Assembly: GCA_002898255.1 (NCBI GenBank)
Contig: BEIE01000006.1
Span: forward strand, 49,251 to 113,250
Source of the DNA: a bacterium HR28
Lineage (GTDB): Bacteria > Chloroflexota > Chloroflexia > Thermomicrobiales > Thermomicrobiaceae
Direction: 5' to 3'
Length of the DNA: 64,000 nt
Positions 46,335-56,170 of this stretch are shown piece by piece. The position numbers and the translations under genes are program-made. A model generated the notes under the pieces. That model was given only the letters and a program-made list of their open reading frames with translations. It did no database searches and had not been told where the DNA came from. The number at the start of each line of letters is the position of its first letter. Position 1 is the first letter of the stretch.

Positions 46335-47573
46335 ATGATCGAGCGCACGGAGGGTCGAGTCCCCCTGGTCGACCGTGACGATTGGCAAGCGCAGCTTGAG
46401 TCGCTCTACGCCATCTCGGTCGAGATTGCCGGGCTGAGAGAACTCAGTGCGGTTATGGACCGGGCGCTCGAGTATTGTTTGGCGCTGACCGCGTCGACCT
46501 TCGGCTTCGTGGGGCTCGTCGACGGGCCCGAGACAATGGATGTGGCCGCAATCCGCGGGTTCGTGCCGGATCGACCAGATTTTTATGAGCGATTTCGGAA
46601 AATTCCGATCCGGCGAACGATCTTCGGCATCGTGATCCTCGAAGGCCGGCCGAATATTTCCAACGACGTGCGGAACGATCCGTTGCATCGTGGTGCACCG
46701 CGCGGTCATCCGCCGGTAGAGACGTTTCTTGGCGTACCGTTGAAGGTGCGGGAGCAGACGATCGGGATGATTGGAGTTGCCAATCGTCCTGGTGGATACG
46801 ATGCGGGGCACGAGCGTCTTTTGAGTACCTTCGCGAATCAAGTGGCGGTTGCGATCGAAAATGCGCGTCTCTACGAGCGGCAACGGCAAATGATCGCGGA
46901 TCTCCAACAGCTGCACGCGCGGCTCGATGCAGCTCGGGTGGAAGCGCTGCTCCATCAGGAGCGCAACCGGATCGCAGCGGAACTGCACGATCGGGTGGCA
47001 CAGATTATGTTCGGAATCGGGATCGAGGCGACCTGGTGTCGAGAGCAGCCGGGTGTGCCAGAGCCTGTGCTACGGAGCCTCGATCGTATCCGCGAACTCG
47101 CGGCCCGCGGAGCGGCCGAAGTGCGCCGGGTGGTGTACGACCTGGCGGAGTTCCCGGAGAGTGGGCGGGAACTGGTCGAAGAACTCCGGCGGCTTGTGGA
47201 GGCGTACCGGAGCGAGGAGTTGCAGGTCGAGTTGGTACTCGAGGGGAAGCCGCGACGTCTCCCCCACGCTCTGGAGGATACGATCCTCCTGATCGCGAGC
47301 GAGGCGCTCACCAATGTCCGGCGTCATTCCGAAGCGGATCTGGCGATCGTGAGCCTGCACTTCACTGACCAAGCTGTGACGCTGGTGGTCCAGGACAACG
47401 GACGAGGCGTACCCCCAACGTTGCTCACCCAATGCGCCAATCAGCTTGGGCATGTGGGGCTACGATCGATGCGACGCCGGGCTGAGTCAGTGGGGGGTGA
47501 GCTGCACCTGCAAAACGGTGAAGACGGTGGTTTTGTGGTCCGGGTCGTGATACCGGCGGAACCACGATGGTAG
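46335..47573 (+). CDS. GAF-domain sensor histidine kinase (HisKA_3, DosS-like GAF)
   Basis: GAF GAPRGHPPVETFLGVP; H-box ERNRIAAELHD; EALTNVRRHS, DNGRG and GLRSMRRR. Confidence 0.93.
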   Translation: MIERTEGRVPLVDRDDWQAQLESLYAISVEIAGLRELSAVMDRALEYCLALTASTFGFVGLVDGPETMDVAAIRGFVPDRPDFYERFRKIPIRRTIFGIVILEGRPNISNDVRNDPLHRGAPRGHPPVETFLGVPLKVREQTIGMIGVANRPGGYDAGHERLLSTFANQVAVAIENARLYERQRQMIADLQQLHARLDAARVEALLHQERNRIAAELHDRVAQIMFGIGIEATWCREQPGVPEPVLRSLDRIRELAARGAAEVRRVVYDLAEFPESGRELVEELRRLVEAYRSEELQVELVLEGKPRRLPHALEDTILLIASEALTNVRRHSEADLAIVSLHFTDQAVTLVVQDNGRGVPPTLLTQCANQLGHVGLRSMRRRAESVGGELHLQNGEDGGFVVRVVIPAEPRW

Positions 47574-47583
47574 GTGAGCAAAC

Positions 47584-48225
47584 ATGAAGGAGAGACCGCT
47601 CCGCATCGCTATCATTGACGATCACGAGATCGTGCGCAGCGGGGTCAAGCATATCCTTGAAGGAGACCCAGAGTTCGAGGTAGTCGGCGAAGCGGCGGAC
47701 GGGCCGAGCGGCGTGGCGATGGTGGATACACTGCGGCCTGACGTCGTGATCGTCGACGTGCGCTTGCCTTCGATGCAGGGTGATGACGTGTGCCGTCTCA
47801 TTCGAGAACGCGTTCCCGGCGTGCGCATCCTGATCTTGAGCGCCTTTGGTGAGGACGAACTGGTTTACCGGTGTCTGGTGTCAGGGGCCCAAGGGTACGT
47901 TTTGAAGGATATTGTGCACTTTGACTTAAAGGAGAGCTTAAAAGCGGTCGCTCGCGGCGAGGCAGTGCTCGATCCGCGCGTGGCGACGGCCGTCATCGAA
48001 CGGCTACGAAGCCGTGAAACTCCGAGCGAGGTACCCCTCTCGCCACACCAGTTATCGGTGTTGCGGCTGATGGCGCAAGGACTTTCCAACCGCGAGATTG
48101 CTGAACGGTTATTCCTGAGCGAGAACACTGTGAAAGGATACGTCCAAGAGGTGTTGCGCCGCTTGGGAGCTCGGAATCGACTCGAGGCGGTGATGATCGC
48201 AAACCGGCGTGGTTGGTTGAGCTAA
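47584..48225 (+). CDS. NarL/LuxR-family response regulator
   Basis: IDDHEIVR, DVRLP, GYVLK and GLSNREIAERLFLSENTVK motifs. Confidence 0.95.
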   Translation: MKERPLRIAIIDDHEIVRSGVKHILEGDPEFEVVGEAADGPSGVAMVDTLRPDVVIVDVRLPSMQGDDVCRLIRERVPGVRILILSAFGEDELVYRCLVSGAQGYVLKDIVHFDLKESLKAVARGEAVLDPRVATAVIERLRSRETPSEVPLSPHQLSVLRLMAQGLSNREIAERLFLSENTVKGYVQEVLRRLGARNRLEAVMIANRRGWLS

Positions 48226-48229
48226 AGGT

Positions 48230-48931
48230 GTGGTGATTGTGCGGATTGGTGCAGTTGTGCTTGCTGGAGGGCGTTCGGAGCGTTTGGGCCGACCGAAGCA
48301 GCTCTTGCCGTGGGATAGCCGGACGCTGATCGAGACGGTCATTGACGAGGTGTGTCGAACGCCGAGCCTGACGGCGGTTGTGGTGGTCCTGCGCCCCGAG
48401 GTTGCGGAGCAATTGGGTGTGCAGCCAGGTGAGTCACTCGGTTGTGCGCGCGTGGCGCTGCCGGAGACCGAGGGTGAGGGGTGCGCTGCATCGTACCGGA
48501 GCGGGTTAACGGCACTGGAGGACTCCAGGCTGGACGGCGTCGTGATTGTGCTAGGGGACCAACCAGGACTTAGGGCAGAGACGATTGAGCGGGTAGTGAA
48601 GGTTTGGTCTGAGTCAGGTGCGCCGCTCGCGGCGACGCGGTACCGGGATGGGGAGGGACATCCGCTCGTCTTTGGGAAGGAGCTGTTCGGGGAACTGGTA
48701 GCCCTCCGCGGGGAGAAGGCGGCGTGGAAACTGGTGGATCGGTACCGAGATCGGGTGCTGTGGGTGGAATTCGACGAGCCAATGCCACGAGACATCGATA
48801 CGGAAGAGGACTATCGAGCCGTACGGGAGGCCTGGGAGGGCCGAGCCCGCACGGAGGGGCATCTCCTTACCCGGTTGCCGGAACGTGAGAAGGGAGGGGT
48901 CGGTGACAGGCGAGAAGGAACCGCGGAGTGA
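48230..48931 (+). CDS. mocA: Molybdenum cofactor cytidylyltransferase (MocA-like)
   Basis: LAGGRSERLGRPKQLL, LGDQP, GHPLVF and DIDTEEDY motifs; MCD is required by CoxL. Confidence 0.82.
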   Translation: MVIVRIGAVVLAGGRSERLGRPKQLLPWDSRTLIETVIDEVCRTPSLTAVVVVLRPEVAEQLGVQPGESLGCARVALPETEGEGCAASYRSGLTALEDSRLDGVVIVLGDQPGLRAETIERVVKVWSESGAPLAATRYRDGEGHPLVFGKELFGELVALRGEKAAWKLVDRYRDRVLWVEFDEPMPRDIDTEEDYRAVREAWEGRARTEGHLLTRLPEREKGGVGDRREGTAE

Positions 48932-50900
48932 TCTGCTCACCATCGATGAACTGGTGACAATGCGACGGCCATCGGACGTGCACATGTCTCCTGATGGGGA
49001 GCTTGTCGCCTACGTGGTGCGGCCAGTGAGTCGAGAGGGAGAGCACTGGGAGAGCAGTATTTGGGTAGTACCGTTCGCTGGTGGCGAGCCACGACAGTTC
49101 ACGAGCGGGTTGTGGCACGACGAGCAACCGCGTTGGTCTCCGGACGGGCGGCTTCTGGCGTTCCTTTCGGACCGTGCCGAGCGTGGGAAGGCGAGTGTCT
49201 ACGTCATGCCACGCGACGGTGGGGAGGCGATTCGCGTTTTTGAGCAATCTGGTGAAATCGCCGAACTTCGCTGGTCGCCTGATGGCCGATATCTGTCCTT
49301 CCTGATGGTGGAACCCGAGACAGAGGAAGAAAAACAGCGTCGAGAGCGACGCGATGATGCGCGGGTCTGGGATACCGATTGGAAATTTCGGCGTCTGTGG
49401 ATCGTGGAACTTGCGACGAGGCAGGCGCGTCTGGTCTCCCCGGAGCGGGTACAGGTGTGGGGGTATGCCTGGGCGCCGGACAGCCGGCGTGTGGCGCTCG
49501 CGATAAGCTGGTCCCCGCGAGTCGATGACCTCTATCGGGAAACCGCGGTCGCCGAGCTGCAAGTGGAGGAGGGCAGCTTTCGGGAGCTGTTCCGGGTGCG
49601 AGGGCTTGCAGAGGATCTCGTATGGTCAGCGGACGGAGAGTGGCTGGCCTATCGGGGACCGGCTGGGCGAGTGGTGCACGGGGAGTATGTGTTTCGGCGC
49701 CGTGTCGATGGAGGAGAGGCGGAGTGCCTCACACCCAGCTATCCGGGAACGGTAGAACATCTGGGAGCCTACCGTGGTGGAGAGCAGCTCGTCATTGTTG
49801 GGTATGAAGGGGTAAACGCGCGGGTTTATCGACTGGGGTGGGACGGAGAGCGGCGGTTGCTGTGTCCGCGAGTTGAGGGTAGCTGGCACGGGCCGGTGAG
49901 CGGGAGTGCGGATGGTGAGCGGTGGGCTGGGGTATGGTCGGACGGGGAGCACGTTCCGGACGTGTGGGGGTGGCGCGCTCCGCACGACATATCCCACAGC
50001 GAACCGGGAAACGGTGCGGAATCGGCAGATCTCCTTCGTCTTACCCAGTTGCACCCTGAGATTGAAGCGAAGCTCTGCCCGGTACGAGCTCTTGAGTGGG
50101 AGAGTGACCCCGGCGTCCAGGTGCAGGGGCTGCTGGTCTTGCCGCGGGGCGAAGGAAAGCCTCCATACCCGCTTGTCGTTCAGATCCACGGTGGCCCAAC
50201 GAGCCTGTGGGCCAACGAATTCGCCGGTTCTTGGCATGACTGGGCCCAGCCACTCGCCTCGCGCGGTTGTGCCGTTCTGCTCCCGAACCCGCGCGGGAGC
50301 ACCGGGCGGGGGACGGAGTGGGTGAATGCGCTCTTCGGTGACGTCGCTGGGGGAGAATTCCGTGATGTTCTCGCTGGGGTGGACTTTCTCGTTGCACAGG
50401 GCCTGGCTGATCCTGAGCGGTTGGGTGTCTCCGGTTGGAGCTGGGGAGGCTACTTGACCGCTTGGACAGTCACACAGACGAATCGCTTTCGGGCCGCATT
50501 TATGGGAGCCGGACTCTGTAATCTGATCAGTGACAATAATCTTGGTGATATTCCTTCTGCCAATCTCTCTTATTTTGCGCATACCCCGTCTGAGGATCCG
50601 GAACCTTACTGGGAACGGTCACCAATCCGGTATGTGGCACGCGTGTCGACGCCGATACTCATCGCGCATGGTGAAGAGGACGAGCGCGTCAGTCCCTGCG
50701 AGAGTATCCAGTTCTATCGAGCTCTGCAGCTGCTCGGGAAGCCGACCACCCTGGTCACCTATCCCCGAGAGAAGCACGGGTTTGAAGAACGGCAGCACCA
50801 GCGCGACCTCTTGATGCGCATTCTCGCCTGGTTCGCAGAGCATCTCGACTTCCCAGCGCCGGAGCGAACTGCCGCGCCGGTGTCCCTTGCGGCGCAGTGA
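48903..50900 (+). CDS. S9 family peptidase (acylaminoacyl peptidase-like)
   Basis: WSPDG propeller repeats, IHGGP, GWSWGG nucleophile, GEEDERV and EKHGF. Confidence 0.93.
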   Translation: MTGEKEPRSDLLTIDELVTMRRPSDVHMSPDGELVAYVVRPVSREGEHWESSIWVVPFAGGEPRQFTSGLWHDEQPRWSPDGRLLAFLSDRAERGKASVYVMPRDGGEAIRVFEQSGEIAELRWSPDGRYLSFLMVEPETEEEKQRRERRDDARVWDTDWKFRRLWIVELATRQARLVSPERVQVWGYAWAPDSRRVALAISWSPRVDDLYRETAVAELQVEEGSFRELFRVRGLAEDLVWSADGEWLAYRGPAGRVVHGEYVFRRRVDGGEAECLTPSYPGTVEHLGAYRGGEQLVIVGYEGVNARVYRLGWDGERRLLCPRVEGSWHGPVSGSADGERWAGVWSDGEHVPDVWGWRAPHDISHSEPGNGAESADLLRLTQLHPEIEAKLCPVRALEWESDPGVQVQGLLVLPRGEGKPPYPLVVQIHGGPTSLWANEFAGSWHDWAQPLASRGCAVLLPNPRGSTGRGTEWVNALFGDVAGGEFRDVLAGVDFLVAQGLADPERLGVSGWSWGGYLTAWTVTQTNRFRAAFMGAGLCNLISDNNLGDIPSANLSYFAHTPSEDPEPYWERSPIRYVARVSTPILIAHGEEDERVSPCESIQFYRALQLLGKPTTLVTYPREKHGFEERQHQRDLLMRILAWFAEHLDFPAPERTAAPVSLAAQ

Positions 50901-51105
50901 GCGGACGCTAGGTGCGGCGGGTAGGATCACCGCCTCATTGTGTGATTCTCGCTGTGTTGCGCGCCAGCGCTGGTGACGACCGGTATCGTCAGGCACTGTG
51001 TCGCACGCGGGAAGAGGAAGATTCGACGCGAGACACTGAGAGGGCTAGTACACTTATGCGTCCCCACCCTGCGCCTTGAGACGCTGACCTCCTCCGATCC
51101 GGTGA

Positions 51106-51131
51106 TCTTACCCTCCGAACGGAGGGTGAGA
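51106..51131. promoter_or_regulatory. 12-2-12 inverted repeat upstream of coxM (candidate regulator site)
   Basis: TCTTACCCTCCG-AA-CGGAGGGTGAGA. Confidence 0.5.
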
Positions 51132-51337
51132 AGACCACTGATCGGACTGTTTCCCACTTGGCGCCTGCCTGTTACACTCCTCTGGTGAGAAGAGGAACCC
51201 AGTAACACAGTTGTGGCCGAGCCCTGAAGGTGACGTGCGCCTCTGGCACGCTGGCCGATCATATGTCGGCCCGGCTGGTGGCTGCGCTCGGGAGCGCGAG
51301 GAAACGGCGATCGATCCGGAACGAAAGGAGCCGAACG

Positions 51338-52213
51338 ATGATTCCGGGGCCATTCCGGTACCGCAGGGTTCGCTCCGTGGACGAGGCTGTTGCACTGCTC
51401 TCCCAACTGGGAACCGACGCGAAGGTTTTGAGTGGGGGGCAGAGTTTGATCCCGATGATGAAGTTTCGGCTTGCTGAGCCGAGCTATCTTATTGACATCA
51501 ATCCGATTCCTGGGCTCGACTTCATTGAGGAGCGCGACGGGATGCTCCGTCTCGGCGCGCTGGTTCGGGAGTCCACGCTTGAGCGCTCGTCGCTCGTGCG
51601 TCAACGCTATCCCATCCTGCATGACACGGCTGAGGTGATCGCGGACCCGCTTGTCCGCAATCTGGCGACAGTCGGCGGTAACTTGGCCCATGGCGATCCA
51701 GCGAATGATCATCCGGCAACGATGCTCGCACTGCGCGCGCAGGTGGTCGCGCGCGGACCGAACGGAGAGCGTGTCATCCCGATCGATGACTTCTTCGTTG
51801 ACACGTTCGTGACAGCGCTGCAACCGGACGAGCTCCTAACGGAGATTCGCATCCCGGCCCCACCGCCGCGATCGGGCGGAGCGTACCTCAAGTTTGAGCG
51901 CAAGGTCGGAGACTATGCGATCGCCGCAGCAGCGGTGTTCCTCGCGCTTGACGAGGCTAGGCGGATCACACAGGCCGGCATCGGGCTCACAAATCTGGCT
52001 TACAAGCCGTTGCGAGCAGTTGATGCAGAGCGTGCGCTGCTTGGCCAGCAACCAAGTGAGGAACTCTTCCGACATGCCGCGGAACTCGCGGCCCAGGCGA
52101 CCGATCCAGTCAGCGACTTGCGCGGGCCAGCGGACTATAAGCGTGCAGTTGCTCGGACGATGACGCTGCGCGCATTGCGCCGGGCTCTGGAACGCGCTCA
52201 GGCGAATGCCTGA
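51338..52213 (+). CDS. coxM: Carbon monoxide dehydrogenase medium (FAD) subunit
   Basis: SGGQSLIPMMKFR, IADPLVRNLATVGGN and KFERKVGDYA motifs. Confidence 0.95.
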   Translation: MIPGPFRYRRVRSVDEAVALLSQLGTDAKVLSGGQSLIPMMKFRLAEPSYLIDINPIPGLDFIEERDGMLRLGALVRESTLERSSLVRQRYPILHDTAEVIADPLVRNLATVGGNLAHGDPANDHPATMLALRAQVVARGPNGERVIPIDDFFVDTFVTALQPDELLTEIRIPAPPPRSGGAYLKFERKVGDYAIAAAAVFLALDEARRITQAGIGLTNLAYKPLRAVDAERALLGQQPSEELFRHAAELAAQATDPVSDLRGPADYKRAVARTMTLRALRRALERAQANA

Positions 52214-52225
52214 AAGGGGGAAAAG

Positions 52226-52726
52226 GTGGAAACGTTGCCGATCCAGGTAACAGTGAATAGCCGTACCTATACTGCCGAGGTCGAGCCTCGGTTGCTGCTC
52301 GTGCACTTCCTGCGCGACGTGCTGAATCTGACCGGAACGCACATCGGTTGCGATACGACGAGTTGCGGCGCTTGCACGGTGCTCTGGAACGGTCGGCCGG
52401 TAAAGTCTTGCACGGTCTTCGCGGTGCAGGTTGACGGTGGCGAAATCCTCACCGTCGAGGGTTTGGAGCGCGACGGACAGTTGCATCCGGTGCAAGAGGG
52501 CTTCTGGGAAGAGCATGGGCTGCAGTGTGGCTTCTGCACGCCCGGGATGATGATGACCGCTGTCGCACTACTCAACGAGAATCCGGATCCAACGGAAGAA
52601 GAGATCCGCAAGGCCATTTCCGGCAATCTCTGTCGGTGTACCGGGTACGTCAACATCGTCAAAGCCATCCAGTATGCAGCCCGGAAGCTGCGCGAGGGCG
52701 CGACCGTCCATGTGGGAGGAGCGTGA
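52226..52726 (+). CDS. coxS: Carbon monoxide dehydrogenase small (2Fe-2S) subunit
   Basis: [23 protein letters not shown] and NLCRCTGY motifs. Confidence 0.96.
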   Translation: METLPIQVTVNSRTYTAEVEPRLLLVHFLRDVLNLTGTHIGCDTTSCGACTVLWNGRPVKSCTVFAVQVDGGEILTVEGLERDGQLHPVQEGFWEEHGLQCGFCTPGMMMTAVALLNENPDPTEEEIRKAISGNLCRCTGYVNIVKAIQYAARKLREGATVHVGGA

Positions 52727-52730
52727 AGCA

Positions 52731-55076
52731 ATGACAGCGACAGCAGTTCGTGGGATCGGCGTTCCCGTTAAGCGCAAGGAAGATCCGCGCTTCATCCGGG
52801 GCAAGGGCACCTATGTGGACGATATCAAGCTGCCCGGCATGCTCTTCATGGATATCGTGAGGAGCCCGTACGCGCATGCCCGGATCAAGCGGATCGATGT
52901 CTCCAAAGCGTTAGCGATGCCGGGCGTCATTGACGTGATCACTGGCGAGGAGCTCGCTAAGGCGAACCTCGCTTGGATGCCGACGCTCATGGGTGACCGG
53001 CAAATGGTGCTGCCGACCGACCGGGTCGTGTACTACGCCCAGGAAGTGGCTGCGGTCATCGCGACCGATCGTTATACTGCGGCGGATGCCGTGCTGGCGG
53101 TCGAGGTGGAGTACGAGCCGCTTCCGCCGGTGCTCAACCCATTTGAGGCGTTGAAGCCTGATGCGCCGTTGGTTCGCCCGGATCGCGAGCAGAAGTCGAA
53201 CCATATCTGGCATTGGGAGGCCGGCGACAAAGAGAAGACGGATCGTGTCTTCCAAGAGGCGGAAGTTGTCGTCGCGCAGGATCTGTACATCCCGCGCATC
53301 CATGTGGCCTCCATCGAAACCTGTGGGTGTGTGGCGAACTACGATCCGGCGACCGATAAGTTGACGATCTGGATGACTTCGCAGGCACCGCATGCGCATC
53401 GCACCGTCTTTTCACTCGTCACCGGCATTCCGGAGCACAAGATCCGCATCATCTCGCCGGACATCGGCGGGGGATTCGGTGGGAAAGTGCCGGTCTATCC
53501 AGGGTATGTCATCGCCACTTATGCGACGTTGAAGCACAAGAAGCCAATCAAGTGGATCGAGGATCGCTCAGAAAACCTGCAGGCCGATTCCTTTGCGCGG
53601 GACTACCACATCCACGCCGAGCTCGCTGCGACCCGTGATGGGAAGATCCGTGGGTTGCGTGTCCACGTGGTGGCCGACCACGGCGCGTTCGATGCGGCGG
53701 CGAACCCCTCCCGTTTCCCGGCCGGTCTCTTCAGCGTCTGCACTGGGTCTTACGACATGGAGGCCGCACACATTCAGGTCGACGGGGTGTACACGACCAA
53801 GCCGCCCGGAGGCGTTGCCTACCGCTGCTCGTTCCGCGTGACGGAGGCGGTGCACACGATTGAACGGATGGTCGATATCTTGGCTGATGAGCTTGGCATG
53901 GATCCCGCCGAGATCCGTTTCAAGAACTTCATCCAGCCACACCAGTTCCCGTACAAGTCGCCGACCGGCTGGGAGTACGACAGCGGCAATTATCCGGCTG
54001 CGCTGCAGAAAGCGCTGGATATGATCGGGTACCAGGAGCTCCGGCGGGAACAGGCTGAGCGCCGTGCTCGCGGCGAGCTGATGGGAATCGGGATCTCGAC
54101 CTTTACCGAGATCGTCGGTGCCGGCCCATCGCATACATTCGACATTCTCGGCATCAAGATGTTTGACAGTGCCGAGATCCGGGTGCATCCGACCGGCGCC
54201 GTCATCGTGCGTATCGGTGTCCAGACTCAAGGGCAGGGTCACGAGACGACGTTCGCGCAGATTGTCGCCGAGGAGCTCGGGATTCCGGTTGAGTACATCA
54301 CTGTCGAGCACGGAGACACGGATACGGCGCCCTACGGATTAGGTACCTATGCCAGCCGGAGCACCCCGACGGCCGGTGCAGCGACAGCGGTGGCAGCACG
54401 CAAGATCCGCGAAAAGGCGCGACTCATCGCAGCGCATCTCCTCGAGGTCAGCCCGGATGACCTGGAATGGAAGGACTACGCCTTCCGGGTCAAGGGTGCC
54501 CCCGACCGCTACAAGACAATGCAGGAGATCGCTTTTGCAGCCTATACCAACTTCCCGTTGGGTCTTGAGCCGGGTCTCGAGGCGGAGTGCTACTATGATC
54601 CGCCCAATCTGACGTTCCCCTTTGGTGCCTATGTCTGCGTCGTGGACATTGACCGCGGGACAGGACAAGTCAAGATTCGTGAGTTCCTCGCCGTCGATGA
54701 CTGCGGGACAATCATCAACCCGATGATTGTCGAAGGGCAGATTCATGGTGGGCTGACGATGGGTATGGCGCCAGCGCTCTTCGAGGAGATTGTCTACGAC
54801 GAGAACGGGACGATGCTCACCGGTACCTTTATGGACTACCTCCTGCCGACGGCGGTGGAGACGCCGCACTGGAAGACGGCAAAGACTGTCACGCCCTCAC
54901 CGCATCACCCGTTGGGGGCGAAGGGCGTTGGTGAGAGTCCGACGATTGGCGCGCCGCCGGCCATCGTCAACGCTGTCGTCGATGCACTGAGCCATCTGGG
55001 CGTGCGGCACATCGATATCCCGATCACGCCGGCGAAGGTCTACCGTATCCTCCAGGAAAAGGGCGTGGCGGAGTAA
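52731..55076 (+). CDS. coxL: Form I (Mo-Cu) carbon monoxide dehydrogenase large subunit
   Basis: Active-site loop GGVAYRCSFR is diagnostic of form I; gene order M-S-L. Confidence 0.97.
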   Translation: MTATAVRGIGVPVKRKEDPRFIRGKGTYVDDIKLPGMLFMDIVRSPYAHARIKRIDVSKALAMPGVIDVITGEELAKANLAWMPTLMGDRQMVLPTDRVVYYAQEVAAVIATDRYTAADAVLAVEVEYEPLPPVLNPFEALKPDAPLVRPDREQKSNHIWHWEAGDKEKTDRVFQEAEVVVAQDLYIPRIHVASIETCGCVANYDPATDKLTIWMTSQAPHAHRTVFSLVTGIPEHKIRIISPDIGGGFGGKVPVYPGYVIATYATLKHKKPIKWIEDRSENLQADSFARDYHIHAELAATRDGKIRGLRVHVVADHGAFDAAANPSRFPAGLFSVCTGSYDMEAAHIQVDGVYTTKPPGGVAYRCSFRVTEAVHTIERMVDILADELGMDPAEIRFKNFIQPHQFPYKSPTGWEYDSGNYPAALQKALDMIGYQELRREQAERRARGELMGIGISTFTEIVGAGPSHTFDILGIKMFDSAEIRVHPTGAVIVRIGVQTQGQGHETTFAQIVAEELGIPVEYITVEHGDTDTAPYGLGTYASRSTPTAGAATAVAARKIREKARLIAAHLLEVSPDDLEWKDYAFRVKGAPDRYKTMQEIAFAAYTNFPLGLEPGLEAECYYDPPNLTFPFGAYVCVVDIDRGTGQVKIREFLAVDDCGTIINPMIVEGQIHGGLTMGMAPALFEEIVYDENGTMLTGTFMDYLLPTAVETPHWKTAKTVTPSPHHPLGAKGVGESPTIGAPPAIVNAVVDALSHLGVRHIDIPITPAKVYRILQEKGVAE

Positions 55077-55083
55077 GACCGAA

Positions 55084-55115
55084 GGGAGGGTGCGGGAGAC
55101 CACCCGCACCCTCCC
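55084..55115. other. Stem-loop between coxL and the coxF-like gene
   Basis: GGGAGGGTGCGGG-N6-CCCGCACCCTCCC, a perfect 13-bp stem. Confidence 0.6.
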
Positions 55116-55153
55116 GCTGTCCACCTTTGGTGGCGAGCGAGTAGCAGTGTGCG

Positions 55154-56170
55154 ATGACGCGTTCAAGTGGTGACCGGACACAACTGGGGCGCGATCTTTT
55201 CATGCTCGCCGTGGAGCTCCGTGAGCGAGGTATTCCCTTTGTCCTGGCGACCGTCGTGTGGAGTCAAAGCCCGACGTCAGCCAAACCAGGGGCGAAGGGA
55301 ATCGTCACTGCAGACGGTGCACTCTTTGGGTGGGTTGGTGGAAGTTGCGCCCAGCCAGCGGTGATGCGGGAAGCGATTGCTGCGTTGCATGATGGGCAGG
55401 CACGAATCCTCCGCATCGACCCGGCAGGAGCTGAAGGCGCACCAATCCGACCAGGAGTGGTGGTGGCACCGATGACCTGCCACAGCGAAGGGGCTTTGGA
55501 GATTTTCTTGGAGCCGTTTCTTCCTGCGCCGCAACTGTTGATCTACGGCGAGAGTCCCGTCGCTGATGCCCTCCTGCGCCTTGGCAGCGCAATGGGGTAC
55601 TACGTTGTTGCCTTCCGGCCTGGTGCAACAGGTGCCCCGGCGGAGGCCGACGAGTGGGTAGATGGCCTCGACCCCGGCGAGCGACCGCGACGGCGACCAA
55701 GCGTCGCTATCGTCGCCAGCCTGGGAGCCTACGATGAGGATGCTATCGAAGCGGCACTCCGCGCCGGGGTGCCGCTGGTGGAACTTGTCGCCAGTCGGAA
55801 GCGCTTCGCGGCCATCCGCGCAGCACTTGCGTCAACAGTGCCTGACGAGTTGCTCGGGCGAGTGAAGGCACCGGCCGGACTTGACATCGGGGCAACGAGC
55901 CCGGAGGAGATTGCGGTCAGTGTGCTTGCGGAACTTATTGCGCGCAAGCAGGATTGGCGCAGTGCCTGGCGCCCCGAGGGTGCAGTCGCAGCCGTGCCGG
56001 AAGAGGCAGCTGCCGAGGCAATCGATCCGGTGTGCGGGATGACTGTCGATCCGCGTACGACACGTCACGTTGCTGAATATCGCGGCCAGCGCTATTACTT
56101 CTGTTGCCCAGCCTGTCGACGGCTCTTTGAAACGGATCCAGAGTCATATCTTGCGTCGAGACCCCGCTAG
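55154..56170 (+). CDS. XdhC/CoxF-family Moco insertion protein fused to a YHS domain
   Basis: GWVGGSCA, MTCHSEG and PAGLDIGATSPEEIAVS; C-terminal IDPVCGM...YYFCCPAC. Confidence 0.9.
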   Translation: MTRSSGDRTQLGRDLFMLAVELRERGIPFVLATVVWSQSPTSAKPGAKGIVTADGALFGWVGGSCAQPAVMREAIAALHDGQARILRIDPAGAEGAPIRPGVVVAPMTCHSEGALEIFLEPFLPAPQLLIYGESPVADALLRLGSAMGYYVVAFRPGATGAPAEADEWVDGLDPGERPRRRPSVAIVASLGAYDEDAIEAALRAGVPLVELVASRKRFAAIRAALASTVPDELLGRVKAPAGLDIGATSPEEIAVSVLAELIARKQDWRSAWRPEGAVAAVPEEAAAEAIDPVCGMTVDPRTTRHVAEYRGQRYYFCCPACRRLFETDPESYLASRPR

